Source: Mobula hypostoma (taxonomy: Eukaryota). Taken from it: DNA of 64,000 nt. The notes under the pieces were generated by a model, which had not been told where the DNA came from, did not search any database, and was given only the letters and a program-made list of their open reading frames with translations. The DNA is taken from positions 99,202,001-99,266,000 of the forward strand of contig NC_086107.1 in the NCBI RefSeq assembly GCF_963921235.1. Reading direction: 5' to 3'. Position numbers and translations under genes: made by a program. This document shows, piece after piece, positions 48,019 to 61,900 of this stretch. Every line of letters begins with the position of its first letter. Position 1 is the first letter of the stretch.

Positions 48019-49630
48019 CTCCTAATTTGTCTAAGTCCTCCTGCAAACTTCCTGATTCCTCACTCTGCTTGCCTCTCCATTTATCTTTGTATTGTCTGCA
48101 AACTTGGCTACAAGACCCTCAATTCTGTCATTCAAATCATTGACATATAATGTGGTCTCAACACTGACCCCTCTGGAGCACCACTAGTCACCAACAGACA
48201 ACCAGAATAGGCCCACTTTACTTCCACTCTTTGCCTCCTGCCAGTCAGCCAATCTTCTACCCATGCTTGTATCTTTCCTGTAATACCATGGGTTCTGAAC
48301 TTGTTAAACATCCTCATGTGTCGCACCTTGTCAAAGGCCTTCTGAAAACCAAGTAAACAACCTCCACTGACTCTCCTTTGTCTATCCTGTTATTTCCTCA
48401 AAGAATTCCAACAGATTTGTCAGGCAAGATTTCCCCTTAAGGAAACCATGCTTACTTTGGCCTCTTTGATAGTGTTCCCATCTAATCAACTTTGGCCAGC
48501 TCCTCTCATGCCTCTGCAATTCCCTTTACTTCCACTGTAATGCTGATATATCTGATCTTATTTTCTCCCTCTCAAGCTGCTCTGTGAATACTATCATATT
48601 ATGATCACTGCCTCCTAAGGGTTCCTTTACCTTAAGCTCCCTAATCAAATTTGGTTCATTACATGACATCCATACCAGAATTGACTTTACCTTAGTGGGC
48701 TCAATCACAAGCTGTTTTAAAAAGCCAACTCATAAGTATTCTGCAAATTCTCTCTTTTGGGACCCTGCGTATTAAAATTTTCCATCACTATTGTAACATT
48801 GACCTTTTTACGTGCATTTTCTATGTCTCACAGTAATTTGTACCCCAGATCCTGGCTACTGTTTGGAGGTCCGTATATAGCTTCCGTCAAGGTCTTTTTA
48901 CCGTTAGTTTCCTAACTCTCCTCAGAGGGATTCTACATCTTCCAATCCTATGTCACCTCTTTCTAAAGATTTGATTTCATTTTTGTTTACCAACAGAGCC
49001 ACCCCACCCCATCTGCCTACCTACCTTGTCTTTTTGATACAATGCGTGTTCCTAGATGTTCAGCTCCCAACTACGATCTTCCTTCAGCCACGACTCAGTG
49101 ATACCCACAGCGTCATACTTGCCAATATCTAACTCTGCTATAAGATCATCTACTTTATTCCGTTTTATGTATGCATTCAAATATAACATCTTCAGCCCTG
49201 TATTCATCACCCTTTTCAATTTTCCCCCTGTGTTACATTTCAACTCATCCCACTGACTGCAATTTTGCCCTATCATCTGTCTGTCCTACTTCACAGACTC
49301 ACTATAGTATGCATCGACTGGTATAAAGACCTCCTCATCCTCAGCCCTATCACTCAGGTTCCCACCTCGCCCTTCTCCCCACCGCCCCCGGGTAAATTAA
49401 TTGAAACTCTCGCCAACAGTTCTAACAAACCTGTCCACAAGGATATTGGTCCCCCTTGGTTTCAGGGGTGACCCATCCTTTTTGTACAGGTCATATCTTC
49501 TCCAGAAGAGATCCCAATGATCCTGAAATCTGAAAGCTTACCCCTGCATCACTTCCTCAGTCACTCATTCATCTGTACTATCTTCCTTGTTGCTGAGGGG
49601 AATGGCCACAGGGGAGCCCTGCAGTGACTA
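48019..49630 (-). mobile_element. CR1 LINE with degraded APE endonuclease and RT segments
   Basis: GLKMLYLNAYIKRNKVDDL...YDAVGITESWL; EPLGGSDHNMIVF; HGITGKIQAWVEDWLTGRRQRV..VTSGAPEGSVL. Confidence 0.85.
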
Positions 49631-49631
49631 C

Positions 49632-50045
49632 ATTACCAGAAGTTTGAGAAATCGATGTTCATGCCATTAGGTTGGAGGCTACCCAGACAGAACATAAGGT
49701 GTTGTTCCTCCAATCTGAGTGTGGCTTCGTCATGACAGTAGAGAAGGCCATAGACTGAAATTTTGGAATGCGAATAGGTAGTGGAATTAAAATGGGTGGC
49801 CACTGGGAGATCCCACTTCTTAGATCCCGGTGAAATGGTCTCCTAATCCACGTTTGCTCTCACGGATATACAGGAGGCCACTCTGGGAGCACTGGACATA
49901 GTATATGACCCCAACATACTCACAGGTGAAATGTCGCCTCACCTGGAAGGGCTGTTTGGGACCCTGAATGGTAGTGAGAGAGACTGTGGAGGAGCAGATG
50001 TGGTACTTGTTCTGCTTGCAAGGATAAGTGCCAGGAGGGAGATCA
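49632..50045 (-). mobile_element. Penelope-like GIY-YIG endonuclease fragment
   Basis: PGTYPC..IQGPKQPFQVRRHFTCEYVGVIYYVQCSQSGLLYIRESKRGLGDHF. Confidence 0.85.
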
Positions 50046-50283
50046 TTTATGATTTTAGTTTTAAGAGTTGGACTTAAATGACTATTCAATCTCCAATCTA
50101 AAGATACATGCTGTCATTTTAAAATTCCCATTGTTAATTCCGCTGCTACTTTTAGGCTATGTATTGTGACACCCCTGTTCCTAGGTATAGTGGTAATTCT
50201 CCTGTCAATCAAGCCTCCGGAACAAAGTGACTAGGGATTATTTTGCACATATTGTAAAATTATTCTTCACTATTGGAAGAAGT

Positions 50284-50652
50284 GAGGTGGCGGGATGGAG
50301 ATGCATCTCTGCCAAAGGAGGTGAAAGGTGTTCCTTCCCTTCGCTAGCCTGCAGGTCGCCCTTGGGTAAGGAGTAGCACCTGCTTAGCCCCCCCCCCAAA
50401 TCAGCGTCACGTTAAGCCATGGGAGCAGGAGGTGGATGACCGTATGAGCAACTGGTGCATATGACAAGTCCTGGTTATGCGACCACTCACGCCAGGCAGA
50501 CAACCTCTGAAGAGTGTTGATAATGGCTGGGATCACATGTCTTGTAAAGGCACTGCCCAGAGAAGGCAATGGCAAACCACTTCTGTAGAAAACATTGCCA
50601 AGAACAATCATAGTCACCTATGTCATATGACACAGCAGATAATGATGATGAT
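50284..50652 (+). mobile_element. RTE-related short element; partial copy at about 11745-11990
   Basis: GAAGGCAATGGCAAACCACTTC resembles the BovB/Bov-A-type segment; (GAT)n tail. Confidence 0.55.
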
Positions 50653-53600
50653 TTTAAGAAGTTTTTTTGTGGGGAGGCGATAGTGTCCTTCGTGTACCTC
50701 CCCTTTTAAAATAGATGGTGTGGAATAGATCATTTGCCCCAATGTATTTGGGTAACAATAGTTGAATAGATTTTAATAAATAAATTAATGGATTAAAATC
50801 CACTTTGAATTACACTGAGAGAGTCATGCTGCAAGTTCCAGTCCACAATCAGTCGTGTGGCTGACAATTATGTCATTACACACTTTGCACACGATGGAAT
50901 CCGGCCATGTAACCATATCGCAATAATTACACCCTTCTGTCTTTGTTGTTACTGTTTCACCACTAAGCAGATTTTAGCTACAGTATTAGAAACTCATGCA
51001 GGGAAACTCCTAATATGCATTTAAGAATTTTAGATAAAATAATACACAGACTTTCTCTTAATTTATTTATAGATTTATAGAAAATTAATTCATGGCCTTT
51101 ATTTTTTGAGATGTTGGTGTTGTCAGTAAATTAATGTCCATTTCTGATGGCCTTGAGAAGGTGATGGTGAACTGCCACTGTGAACTGTTGTATTCATTCG
51201 GTGCAGATGCAGAGGGAGCCATTGTATTTAGGCAGCTATAAGGTAACAAGGATATTATTCCAAGTTGGTAAGTCTCGTTAGGGGAAGGAGTTGGCAGGCA
51301 AGGAAAATTTAGGTGCTCATGTTTCCTGGTTCTTTGGTAGTAAAGGTTTCTACTTTGGAAGGTGTCATCGATGTAACTGCAGTATAGAGTGTAAATGATA
51401 CACTGCAGCGATAATACGTGGAGACTTTTCCTGAATGCCGATGAACTTGCGTTGTTGGGGTTCTTCAATGAGACAAGTGAGAAGTATTCTTTCCACTTCT
51501 TGACTTGCACCTTGTGGATGGTGAAAGGGATTTGGGAAGTTGGGAGCTAAGAACCTGCTGTAGAGTCTCGGGCTTCGGACCATTTCTCATACCAACAGCA
51601 TCTGTAAATCCAATAAAATTTAAAGTCAGTAGTTGCATCATTAATTAGGAACCTTGATGTTATGATTAGCATATTTTCACTATAGTTTATGACCCTATCG
51701 AAACCAATGGAGGACTTACAGACATGGAATAGAATGAACACTGGATGTCTGTCAAATAATTTGGATTTTCTTGGTATCATCCCGGAGGCTCTTTCACCAT
51801 TTTGAGCAAAGGATTCCTAGGAATTGATGGGCTTGTTACACTTTTACAAGGAGGTGTCAAAATCATCCATGTGTTTTTTCTCTCTCCATTTGGTGATCTC
51901 TAAAGTTTTCTAATGATCGCTGCCTCCTAGTGGGCCATTGTTCGGAGTCAGAGATCATTCTCTTGAAACACCTGTTTTCTCAGGTGACTAAAAGCTGTGT
52001 TGATGCACTGAAAAAGGTGATGAATTTCATCACTGGCACTGAGTCTTTGGTAGCTCCTGAGATATGAGAGCTGGTCTGTATGAGTAGGATGTTAAGTGTA
52101 AGACCCGTCCTTGTACACTTCACTGAACAAGTTAGCAATGATCTGACCCAGAAAATGGCCTTGAGGAATTCCTACAGTAATGTTCTGGGATCAGATAGTT
52201 GATCTCCAACAATATAACTATATCTCTATGAGGGATATATTACTCTACAGACAACAAACTTATTCTTCATGTCCCATTGGCCAGGTCTGTTAGGGCTCCT
52301 CAAAGTTACAATCTGTCAACTTAGCCTTGATTTCAAAGAGTCATTCTTGTCTCACCATTGGAGTTCAGCTCTTTTGTGACATAAGTTCAGTCGATGTAGT
52401 TATTAGAGGATGGCTTTTTGGCAAGATGCCAACTTGTTAAATTTGAGGTAGGTGGGGAAGATGCCTATCAACCATGTCCCACAGGATGATTATAAGGTAT
52501 TTGAATTAAACAGTAAAATATATTGATCAGCACCTTACAGCCAATGTCAACTGTTAAAGTTACAATCTTGATAAGTGCAATGCAGCTGATATTTTTGCAG
52601 ATCTTAGCACTGACTGTAAGTCCAACCACTGACGTACAAAATGTGCTGTGCTGTACTGTGGAGATGGGAATTAATGACGGCGATGATTGATGCTGTAGTG
52701 TTTTTGTGTGAAGCCTGGGAATGATTTGGTGGATCTTGCTCAGATGTTGCATGCTGGTCTTGTCAAGGGCTGCCAGCTAATACTGTCGTTATTTATTTGT
52801 ATGGTAGCCTTGGGATTGATGCTGAACTGTTGGAAATTCTCTTTAGATTATTTTTGGAGCCTTTGTACAGATACCCTTTCTTTTTCTACCCTGCCATCCT
52901 TTCCATTATGAGAGATCCAGTTGTTCAGTCCACCCAAGTGTTCATTTTTAAACAGTGCATGTAAAGTGTCCAAGCTATTTAACAAGCTGTGAAAAGATTG
53001 CACTATGCCATAAAATATAATATCATTGTAGAGCACGATAAAAAGATGACACATGTTCAGTAGATTGAAGATTGTTCGGCCCTGGGATCTTGGAGTGGAG
53101 GTGGTACTGATTCACATTTTTCAATTATTCTTGGCAAGTCAGACATGGGGATGTCATAATCAGATGCAGGTAATAGCAAGAATTTTTACCGAGATCAAAG
53201 ACGAGGTGAAAGGGCTGAGATATTTTAGAAAACCTCCAAAAGTGTCTTGAAGATTATTGTGTCAGAGAACTGTCAGGAGACCAGGGTGGCTCCACAAGAG
53301 ATCTTGCAGCATCTTGAACTTTGCGTATTCAAACAAGAACATATTTTTCTTGATCCAAGTGTTTTAAGATTATATATAAAGAACAAATTAAAGAGCATTA
53401 GGGCATTATGTAACAGCTTTTCTCCATTTAAAATTTCAAACACATACAAATCATCTCCTCTGGAGAGCATTGAAAAATCACAAAAGAATTTCAGATGCTG
53501 GAAATCTGGAATATAAACAAAGTGCTGAAAATACTCAATTGATCTGCCAGTGTCTGTGCAGAGCAAAATCGAGTTTATGTTTCAGGTTGATGACCCTTCG

Positions 53601-53899
53601 TCAGAACTGAACAAGTCAGTGCCCTGGAGAATATTTGCCCAGACTTGGATGGAATTATTGATTTTCATATCTTTTGGATAACCCAGTTTATGTAGAGTAG
53701 GGGTTCCCAATGCTTTTATACCAACGGCCATTAACTGAGGGGTCTATGGACCCCAGGCTGGGAACCCCTGATGTAGAGGTGTTATGATGTAGATATCAGT
53801 TTGCATTCTTGTGATAACGTAAAAATCAAGTAATCAGATTGATGATTTGAATGGGACATGGGTAGAATTCCTTTGATCGTTAAACTAACTCCATGGTTT

Positions 53900-54066
53900 T
53901 TTTGCATACTAAAGGAGGTCTCTGTTTAATATCTCTACCGAATGATGACACCCCTGACAGTACAGCAATCCCTCAGTACTGCTGTGGCATATCAATCAAT
54001 GGACTGTGACTTAAGCCCACAGCATACTGACCTGAGGTAAGAGTAACCCGCTTAGCTACAGCTGAT
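53900..54066 (-). mobile_element. DeuSINE-like remnant (SacSINE1/AmnSINE1 type)
   Basis: TTTAATATCTC..CCGAATGATGACACCCCTGACAGTACAGCAATCCCTCAGTACTGC resembles the recalled Deu domain; not verified. Confidence 0.5.
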
Positions 54067-56865
54067 GTTTTTTTTTGCTCCCATTATGCCATTTGGTTAA
54101 GCTGGAATCTGATTTCCCATGCACAGAGCTGATTGTAAATTTGGCAAATGATGGAAATAAAGATGTTTACCTAGCCAGTACCAATTACAACCAAGGGTTG
54201 AGTTATTGAGATTTATACTGGGGTTCTGGAAGGATGAATTGAAGCCAAGTTGCTTGTTGGTTTCTTTGGGTGGACTGTGGCGAACACAGACAGTGTTTTA
54301 GACTGGAATTATTCCTGGCATGTCTGTGTTTATTAGCGGCCTCTTTATGTAATTGAAACTTAGTCTTCAGTGATAACAAGCTTGGATCAGCATTCAGTTT
54401 ACATGCAGATTCGTGGTGTACCTTGTGCTCTTCACACCCACCATGGCTGGTCATGGTCTAGTTAGTAAGGTGAATAACATTGTAATTCCCAGCAGGGCAG
54501 AGAGAGTACTGCACTGTGAGGACATGTTGGAGATGAGGTTGAGGGTGCTGGGCCACTGGGGGAGTGGTCAGGCATGAAGGTGTGGTCCAGTGCCAAGGAT
54601 TTTGAATAAAGTAGGAGAGAAAGCGTAAACGTTTTCTGCTTCTCAGTGAATGCAAAGAATTCCATGGTGTTGTTCAAAGAACAACGGCAAAATTCTAGTA
54701 TTTATTTCTTAACCACCATCACTTGAAATAAACCACATAATCATTCAGCTTATGGAGGAGTTTTTTTAATATAGTTAGCTGGTGTGCAACAATGATTACA
54801 TGACAAAAAAGCTTCAGTGATTGTAAAGACTGGAGCAACCTTGGCATCAAAAAAAAAATTGTATTAATGTAGTCATCATGACCTTCTTTGGACATTGTTT
54901 CTCGACGTCTGGTTGTACCAGGATTTTGTTCTGTGGCACCAACCTTGACCCAGGTCACCATTTGCAAGCTGAAGCAGTGTGCAGTATAATTGATGGGAGG
55001 GGACAGGTGTTGGGGGAAAAGTGATGGGGATTTTGTGTGTATAGTTATTCTCCCACCAATCCCACACTCTTGTGTTCACTTCCTCATGGGAAGGCGGATG
55101 GATAGTTAAGAATCAAAAAAAAAAGTTGATGATTTAGCAAAGTGGTGAATCTTTTCTGGAATTATGCATAAATAGGTCCCACTTATAGCCCATGGGGAAA
55201 TCTTTCTGACAAAATTGTTAGAGCTCTTTGAGGATATAACAAGCAGAAAGTTTTTTTTAAAAAAGGCAATGTTTTTGGATTTCCAGAAGGCATTCTTGTG
55301 TGCTGCATTAAAAATTAATATACAAATTAAAAGCTACTGGCATTGACAGTAATATATTAGCATGAGATAAGAATTGGCAAACGGAGTAGTTGAGATAAAT
55401 GGGTCATTTCATGTCAGCAAACGGGTGTCACAGGGAACTGTGCCGGGGTCTCAACTGTTTATATTAATGACTTTGATGAAGGGACACAGTTCACTGTAGC
55501 CAAACTCACTGATGCTGCAAAGATGGGAAAGCAAGTAATGAAGACAGGGCTTATCTTAAGAAGAAAGGTTGAGCCAGTTTTCATATTTGCTATGACATAG
55601 ACTCAATGAATGACTCCTTTGTCTGCTCACAGAGCAATCAAACACACACTCACTCACTCCCTGTAACTTTTCTTGCACATTCCCATTAACTCCCTTAGAT
55701 TCTGCTACTCACCCACCCAACGGGGGCAACTTTTGTTTGGTGTCCAATTAGCATACCAACATTTGTGATGTATGAGCCTTTATGGGAAACCCACACAGTC
55801 ACGGGCTGTGCAAACTCCACACAAACAACGCTGGAGATTGAGTTTGAATTCGGACTGCTGGAACTGAGAGGCAGCAGGTCTGTGCTGCCTGGACTATGCC
55901 ATACCATGGAGTTTGGAAGAATGAGGGGAGTTAATTGAAATGAGAATTTCAGAGGGGGATTGACACGACAGATGCTGAGGGGATGTTTCCACTTATAGAA
56001 CTCTCGGCTTTCATGAATAATGGGCCATCCACTAAGATGGAGAAAAGGAATTAATTTCCAAGGATTGTGACTCTTCGGACTTCTACCCGGGAGAGCTGTG
56101 AAGGCCACGTCATTTATCATCTTCACGGCTGAGACGGATATTTGGTGTATTGGGAAACTGGGACCGTGAAACAGAAACTAAGATAGGGATGATTGTAAAA
56201 GAGAGATGTAGCATGGAAGCGGACATTTCACCTCATAGGTCCCTGGCAGCCATCGATACTAACCCTCCCTTGATCCCATTAATATTCTCTACATCCCCAT
56301 CAGCTGGCCCAATAGTACCACTTGCCTGTACAGTAGGTGCAACTTTGTGATCAATTAACCTTCCAGATCCCACCTTTGAGATGTGGGAGGAAAGCATCAA
56401 CCAACACAGTCACAGGGAGAACGCGAAAACTTCACACAGGCAGTGTCCAAGGTCAGGTTTGAACTTGGGTCTCTGGCATTGCAAACCAGTGACTTGTTTA
56501 ACTGTGCTGCTACCAACTGACTATTTCTGTTACCAGCTGTGACTTGACCCTAGTCGTAGGGTCTAGTCCAATTTACCTACAATTAATGCTGTATTGATGA
56601 AATTGCAGAGGAGATTTAAAGGGCCATATTGACATCTTATTTGTTATGCTGCTATATTAGAGTGAGTTGTGGGAAGTGTAGTGGCCACGTTACTGAACAT
56701 GGACACCATGTTGGAGAGGTGACCAGTTCTTTGAGCTCTGTGCTGGGAGAAACTGCTCAATGCTGAGTCACCAGGTGGAAGGAGGCCAAATAAACCACAC
56801 CTTAAATTCCCTGGCACAGGAAGGGTGAGGAGGCTGCTCGCTCACAGACATGATTTAGGCCTGCA

Positions 56866-56879
56866 GTTGTCATGGCAAC
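56866..56879. promoter_or_regulatory. RFX X-box motif
   Basis: GTTGTCATGGCAAC, 13/14 match to the palindrome GTTGCCATGGCAAC, in repeat-poor sequence. Confidence 0.5.
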
Positions 56880-59308
56880 AGCTGCACTGACACCAAAGGT
56901 TTTGGAGGGAGTGCGTTCACTGCCGGTCCCAGGGGAAGGCAGTTTGTGGTATGTCTCATTGCATAGCTCTTGGCTTTTGCCATTGCTCTGGGCAAGACCT
57001 AAGCTGTGCAGCCAGCCTTGTATATATAAACAGTTCTGCTCTCGTGCTGATGTGATGGTTGAGAGAAAGAAGGGAGGCTTTTGGACTCTGTTCTGGGTTT
57101 TGTTGCCATAGTGATATGGTGGTCAGATTCAGTTCTGCCCTTCTCTCCTCTCTGAAAATGTCATTTCCGAGCCGTGAGTCCAGTCTTCTGGGTTGTTTTT
57201 CCTGGCTATTTCTGGAGCGTAGACCCAGTGAGCTCCTTCATTGCAGGCAGCTGTTAGATCATGGAGGGGCCTGACTGGGGCAGACTCTGAGTTGCAGTTT
57301 GTTTTACTTCCTTTGTGTGAACAGACCAGGACTGCAGCAAGGTTTAACCCTGGTTGTATTTCCTACTCAGCGAACACTAGGTGCTGCAGCCTGCTGTATC
57401 TGGCAGTTTACATAGAAGCAGTCTTTAATTGGACCCACAAACTCTGTTTTAAAACTTCCTTTTTTTATATTTAAAGGGCTCTCAAACACAACTGTAGGTT
57501 GAAAACTGTGTCAGCTGCGGTGGTAACTTGATCATCCTGGTATGACACTGAATCATTCACATGAGGATAATCTCAGATTAAATCCCTGGTCTGATTTGAA
57601 TTTGCTGCTCTTGTACAAGGATTGCAGCCTGGATGTGAGAGCCTCCATGCTGGTGGTATAAAGAGGAAAAGTCACCCAGGGTCTTCCTCCTGGTTGTTGT
57701 TTGCTGACCTTGTTGAGTAGGTAACTGACCAGGGCAGTTGCTTCCACTTGCCTGTCACTTTAATTTTCCATCCCATTTCCACTCTGACCTCGGTCTTCAG
57801 ACTCGTACATTCCTCCAACAATGTCCAACCTATGCTTGAGAAACAGTAGCTCATCTTCTGTTTGGACATGTTGTGGTCCACTGCACTCTATACTGAATTC
57901 AGCAATTTCAAGTAATCACCTTTTTCTCTCCACAAATGTGGCTATACCTCTTTGTTTCTATTTTTTCCCTCGGTCTCTTAACTGCTGGCTGTTAAAGTAG
58001 TTGTTACCTTGACAACTTGGGTCTGCACCCTATCAGAGATTTTCTCTCTGTTCTCTACCCCTCCCCCCCTGCAACTTGAAACAGGCTTGTTTTCTCACTT
58101 TTCCAGTTCTGCTGAAGGGTCCTTGACCTGAAACAGTGACTCTGTTTCTTTCCCCAGGACACTGCCTGACCCGCTGAGTGCTTCCAGCATTTTCTGCTTT
58201 TGTTTAAGTTACACCAGTCAGGGTAGCTCCTTTGACTCATCCTTTCATGATGAAACACAAGGATGGTTCAGATCATTCAGCCCCTCTGCCGTTTAATTAA
58301 ATTGTGACTGATGTGTATCGAAAGTCCACTTACCTGTCTTTGTTCCATTCCCTGTGATGCAAGCCAACAACAAAACAATCACCTTGCTTTGGAAACAGCA
58401 GTTGTCCATCCCTCTCCACAATTGCCAAGGTAATTCTCCCTTCCTACAGCCATACAGAAAGGGTACATTTGATTACTCTTAATTCACCATCAGTTCTTAC
58501 TATCGTTTTAGTGACTCCATAATTCTTAAGAATGGAAAAAAAAATCAGTTTCACATCCTTGCAATTTCTTTTTTCCCTTTGGAAAAAAATCATTGATAAA
58601 ACTATTGAAATGTGCAGCACATCGTGTCTGTACTGGCCTGTTAGCTGTTAATGCTGCGATACCTGCAAGTCTCTGAAAGTTTTTAAGTCTTTATCCAATT
58701 CTCTCTTGGAGATTACTGAACCCACCAGCCAATCAGGCAGTGATTTCCAAATCCTCATCCCTCACTGTATGAAGATTTTCCTTGTGCTACTTTCGGTTCT
58801 TGAGCCACTCGTCACATTAACTCTGTGTCCTCTTTTTTTTTTGACTGTTCAACTACTGAAATTGATTTAACTTTATTTCCTCTACCCTCTCTGCTTTAAG
58901 AACAAACCCTTGTTTTTCAGTTTGTTCACATAACTAATCCCTCATCTTGCCCTCGCCCTTGTGCTTTAGTGGGAGGACAGGTTTATGCAGGTTGGATAGC
59001 GGGAATGCAGGAACTGTCAAACTGATGTGGAGTTCTTGGTATTTGTTAAAATAATTTATCCTTGAGGTGTGGGCTTTATTGGTAAGGTCAATATTTTGTC
59101 CATTACAGCATCCTGCAAGTTTGATATTTCAGTGTCTCACAAAGCCCACTGTGGGCTTTCAGCTTCAGCTGCACTGGGACACAGGAATTTATCACAGGGG
59201 AAGGATTATTTTCCTTAAAAATTATTGAGCTTGGTGGGTTTTTATAACAATCCAAAGGCATCTGCTCATTTTTATTGTTGCCAGGTTGTTATTTGCAGAT
59301 TTAAAATA

Positions 59309-60800
59309 CAGTGGATTCCAGTTAATGGGACACATCGGGACCTGTACATTTCAGCCCAATTAAGCGACTGCCCCAATTAGCCAAAGTTTCATGGAAATAG
59401 TTATTAAGGTATAAAAAAGAAAAACTACTGTTTAACTCAGTAATAAATTATGTATTTAAATGAAATGCTGAATAAATACTCTATATTTTATACTTTATTT
59501 TATTGTCGCCAAACAATTGATACTAGACTGTACAATCATCACAGCGATGTTTGATTCTGCGCTTCCCACTCCCTGGATTACAAATATTAAATATCAAAAA
59601 TGTTAAAAATGGTAAAAAAAATAGTAAATATTAAAAATTTAAATTATAAATCATAAATAGAAAAATGGAAAGTAAGGTAGTGCAAAAAAAAAACCAAGAG
59701 GCAGGTTCGGATATTTGGAGGGTACGGCCCAGATCTGGGTCAGGATCCGTTCAGCAGTCTATCACAGTTGGAAAGAAGCTGCTCCTAAATCTGGCCATAC
59801 GAGTCTTCAAGCTCCTGAGCCTTCTCCCGGAGGGAAGAGGGATGAAAAGTGTGTTGGTGGGTGGGTCGTGTCCTTGATTATCCTGGCAGCATGCTCCGAC
59901 AGCTTGCGGTGTAAAGTGAGTCCAAGGACGGAAGATTGGTTTGTGTGATGTGATGTGCTGTGCCGTGTTCACGATCTTCTGCAGCTTCTTTCGGTCTTGG
60001 ACAGGACAACTTCCATACCAGGTTGTGATGCACCCTAGAAGAATGCTTTCTACGGTGCATCTATAAAAATTAGTGAGGGTTTTAGGGGACAGGCCAAATT
60101 TCTTTAGTTTTCTCAGGAAGTAAAGGCGCTGGTGGGCCTTTGGAATTAGAATACTACCAGAACTACTACAGTACTATAAAACTGCATTAGTTCCCAGTAG
60201 TAATGACAGAGGAATTCATTCAGAGTACGCTGATATTTTCTTTTGATTGACTAAACGAACAAAATCTGTGCAGACACCTAGTGCGGATAACGGACTGCAC
60301 ATCAATTAGTGGTTTTGGCGGTTGCATCCTCAAATCTTCATTTTAATTGTAACATTCAGGATGATTATTGATACCTTCAAATTCTTCATAGTTCCTAACT
60401 TGAAGCAGTAAAATTGTTTTATTTTCACTCCCGGCTGTTTCTGGCATCTCCAAGCCTGAATGTTTGAAACCTTACTGAGCAAAACAGTTGTGAATTGTCT
60501 TACTATTTATACTTGCCAACTATCAGTGATAAAAATTCACTGCTTTTGGGATACAAACATGCAATTTGTATTTAAAAACTGTTCGTTCTAAGCACAGTGT
60601 AGTGTCTCAACGGCCACATGATGTGACACTAGTCAGAAAATGTTCGGGAGTAGTCACCTGCCCCTATTAAGTGGCCTAGTGTCCCAATATAAACAAAGGG
60701 AATCCAGGCTATTTTCTTGATTTGTTTTTGTGCTTTTAAGAATTACCCCAAATAATGGCTGCTTCGATTAACTGATGGCCAAATTAACCAGAATCCATTG
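59309..60800. mobile_element. Pogo/Tigger-like non-autonomous transposon with nested Rex1/Babar-like LINE (about 59470-60142, - strand)
   Basis: TA on both sides (59307-59308, 60801-60802); imperfect TIRs CAGTGGATTCCAGTTAAT and ATTAACCAGAATCCATTG; - strand remnant SKTIHNCFAQ.GF. Confidence 0.7.
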
Positions 60801-61532
60801 TATGTGATACAGATCCTTAAAGTGTGCTGTTTTAATTTGAGCTAAAATTCTTGAATTGCTAATACAAACCCCCTAAACACCTTGGCCCTGTGGGTAACAT
60901 ACCCTCGAGTCAGAAGGCAGTATGGGCACCATTCCAGAGCTTTGATGTAAATGTGCAAAACTATGGAACAGAAATCTAAAATAGGTAATAAATTCAGTTG
61001 GAAATTGTAGGGGAAAAACTTGTTATCCAGTAAGTTGTAAGAATGTGAAGCTTGCCACAATACTGAATGGGTTGAGGCCAACAACAGAGATAGGAGCCTG
61101 GATTAGCATATCCTCGAAGAATGGAATAAAAAAAATGTTGGAAATGTTGAAGGCAGCATTTGTCAGGAAAGGTAACAATTGCAGGAAGGCTTTCAGCATG
61201 GAAGGAGCTATGCACCAAATCATGTCCATGATTTGTACATGAGCAGCCCAAGCAGTTGCAATCCACTGCTCACTCCCCATTATCTAATGCCTTGTACAAT
61301 GATTGAGGCTGCTTCTGCTACCACCCTGCTGGTTTAGTCGGGACCCTAAAATTTGTCTTTGTTCAGCTTTTATTCTTCTATTTTCAGACTTTAACCTTTT
61401 TCTTTAGTGTGGTAATCTGTCCTGGACACAATAATATACTGCTCACAGAACAACTAGTCTACCATCAGAATTAGAGAATGTGAAACATGCAGAAAAAGAG
61501 TTAGACAGCTTCCAGTCTCCTGATTTGAATTT

Positions 61533-61900
61533 ATCTTTCTTTCTTTCTTTTTAAATCTTTTTATTGAGTAAGTATACAAAAAAGGTAAGCCATATAAACA
61601 TTAATACAATGTTAAAGTATAATAAAATTCCAAAAGATAACAATACCAAAAAGAAAATACTACAAACAATGTAATTTAAGCATAAGAAACCAAGATAACA
61701 TAATAGTATACTAGATTTTATATATATCAATGGAAAAAAAAAGAAAAAAAAAACCCCCCAAAAAAAAACCCACCGTGCAACTAACTAAAAGCAAAGCAAA
61801 GCAATGGGCTAACTTGAAACCAAACAGAGTTAAACTTAAAATCACGTCCTCAATCCCGACCTCCATTAAAACAGTGAAGAAAAAACAAGAAGGGTAAATA
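61533..61900 (-). mobile_element. 3' UTR and tail of the L1 element
   Basis: AATAAA on the - strand at 61560-61565, followed by an A-rich (AAAG)n tail. Confidence 0.8.
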
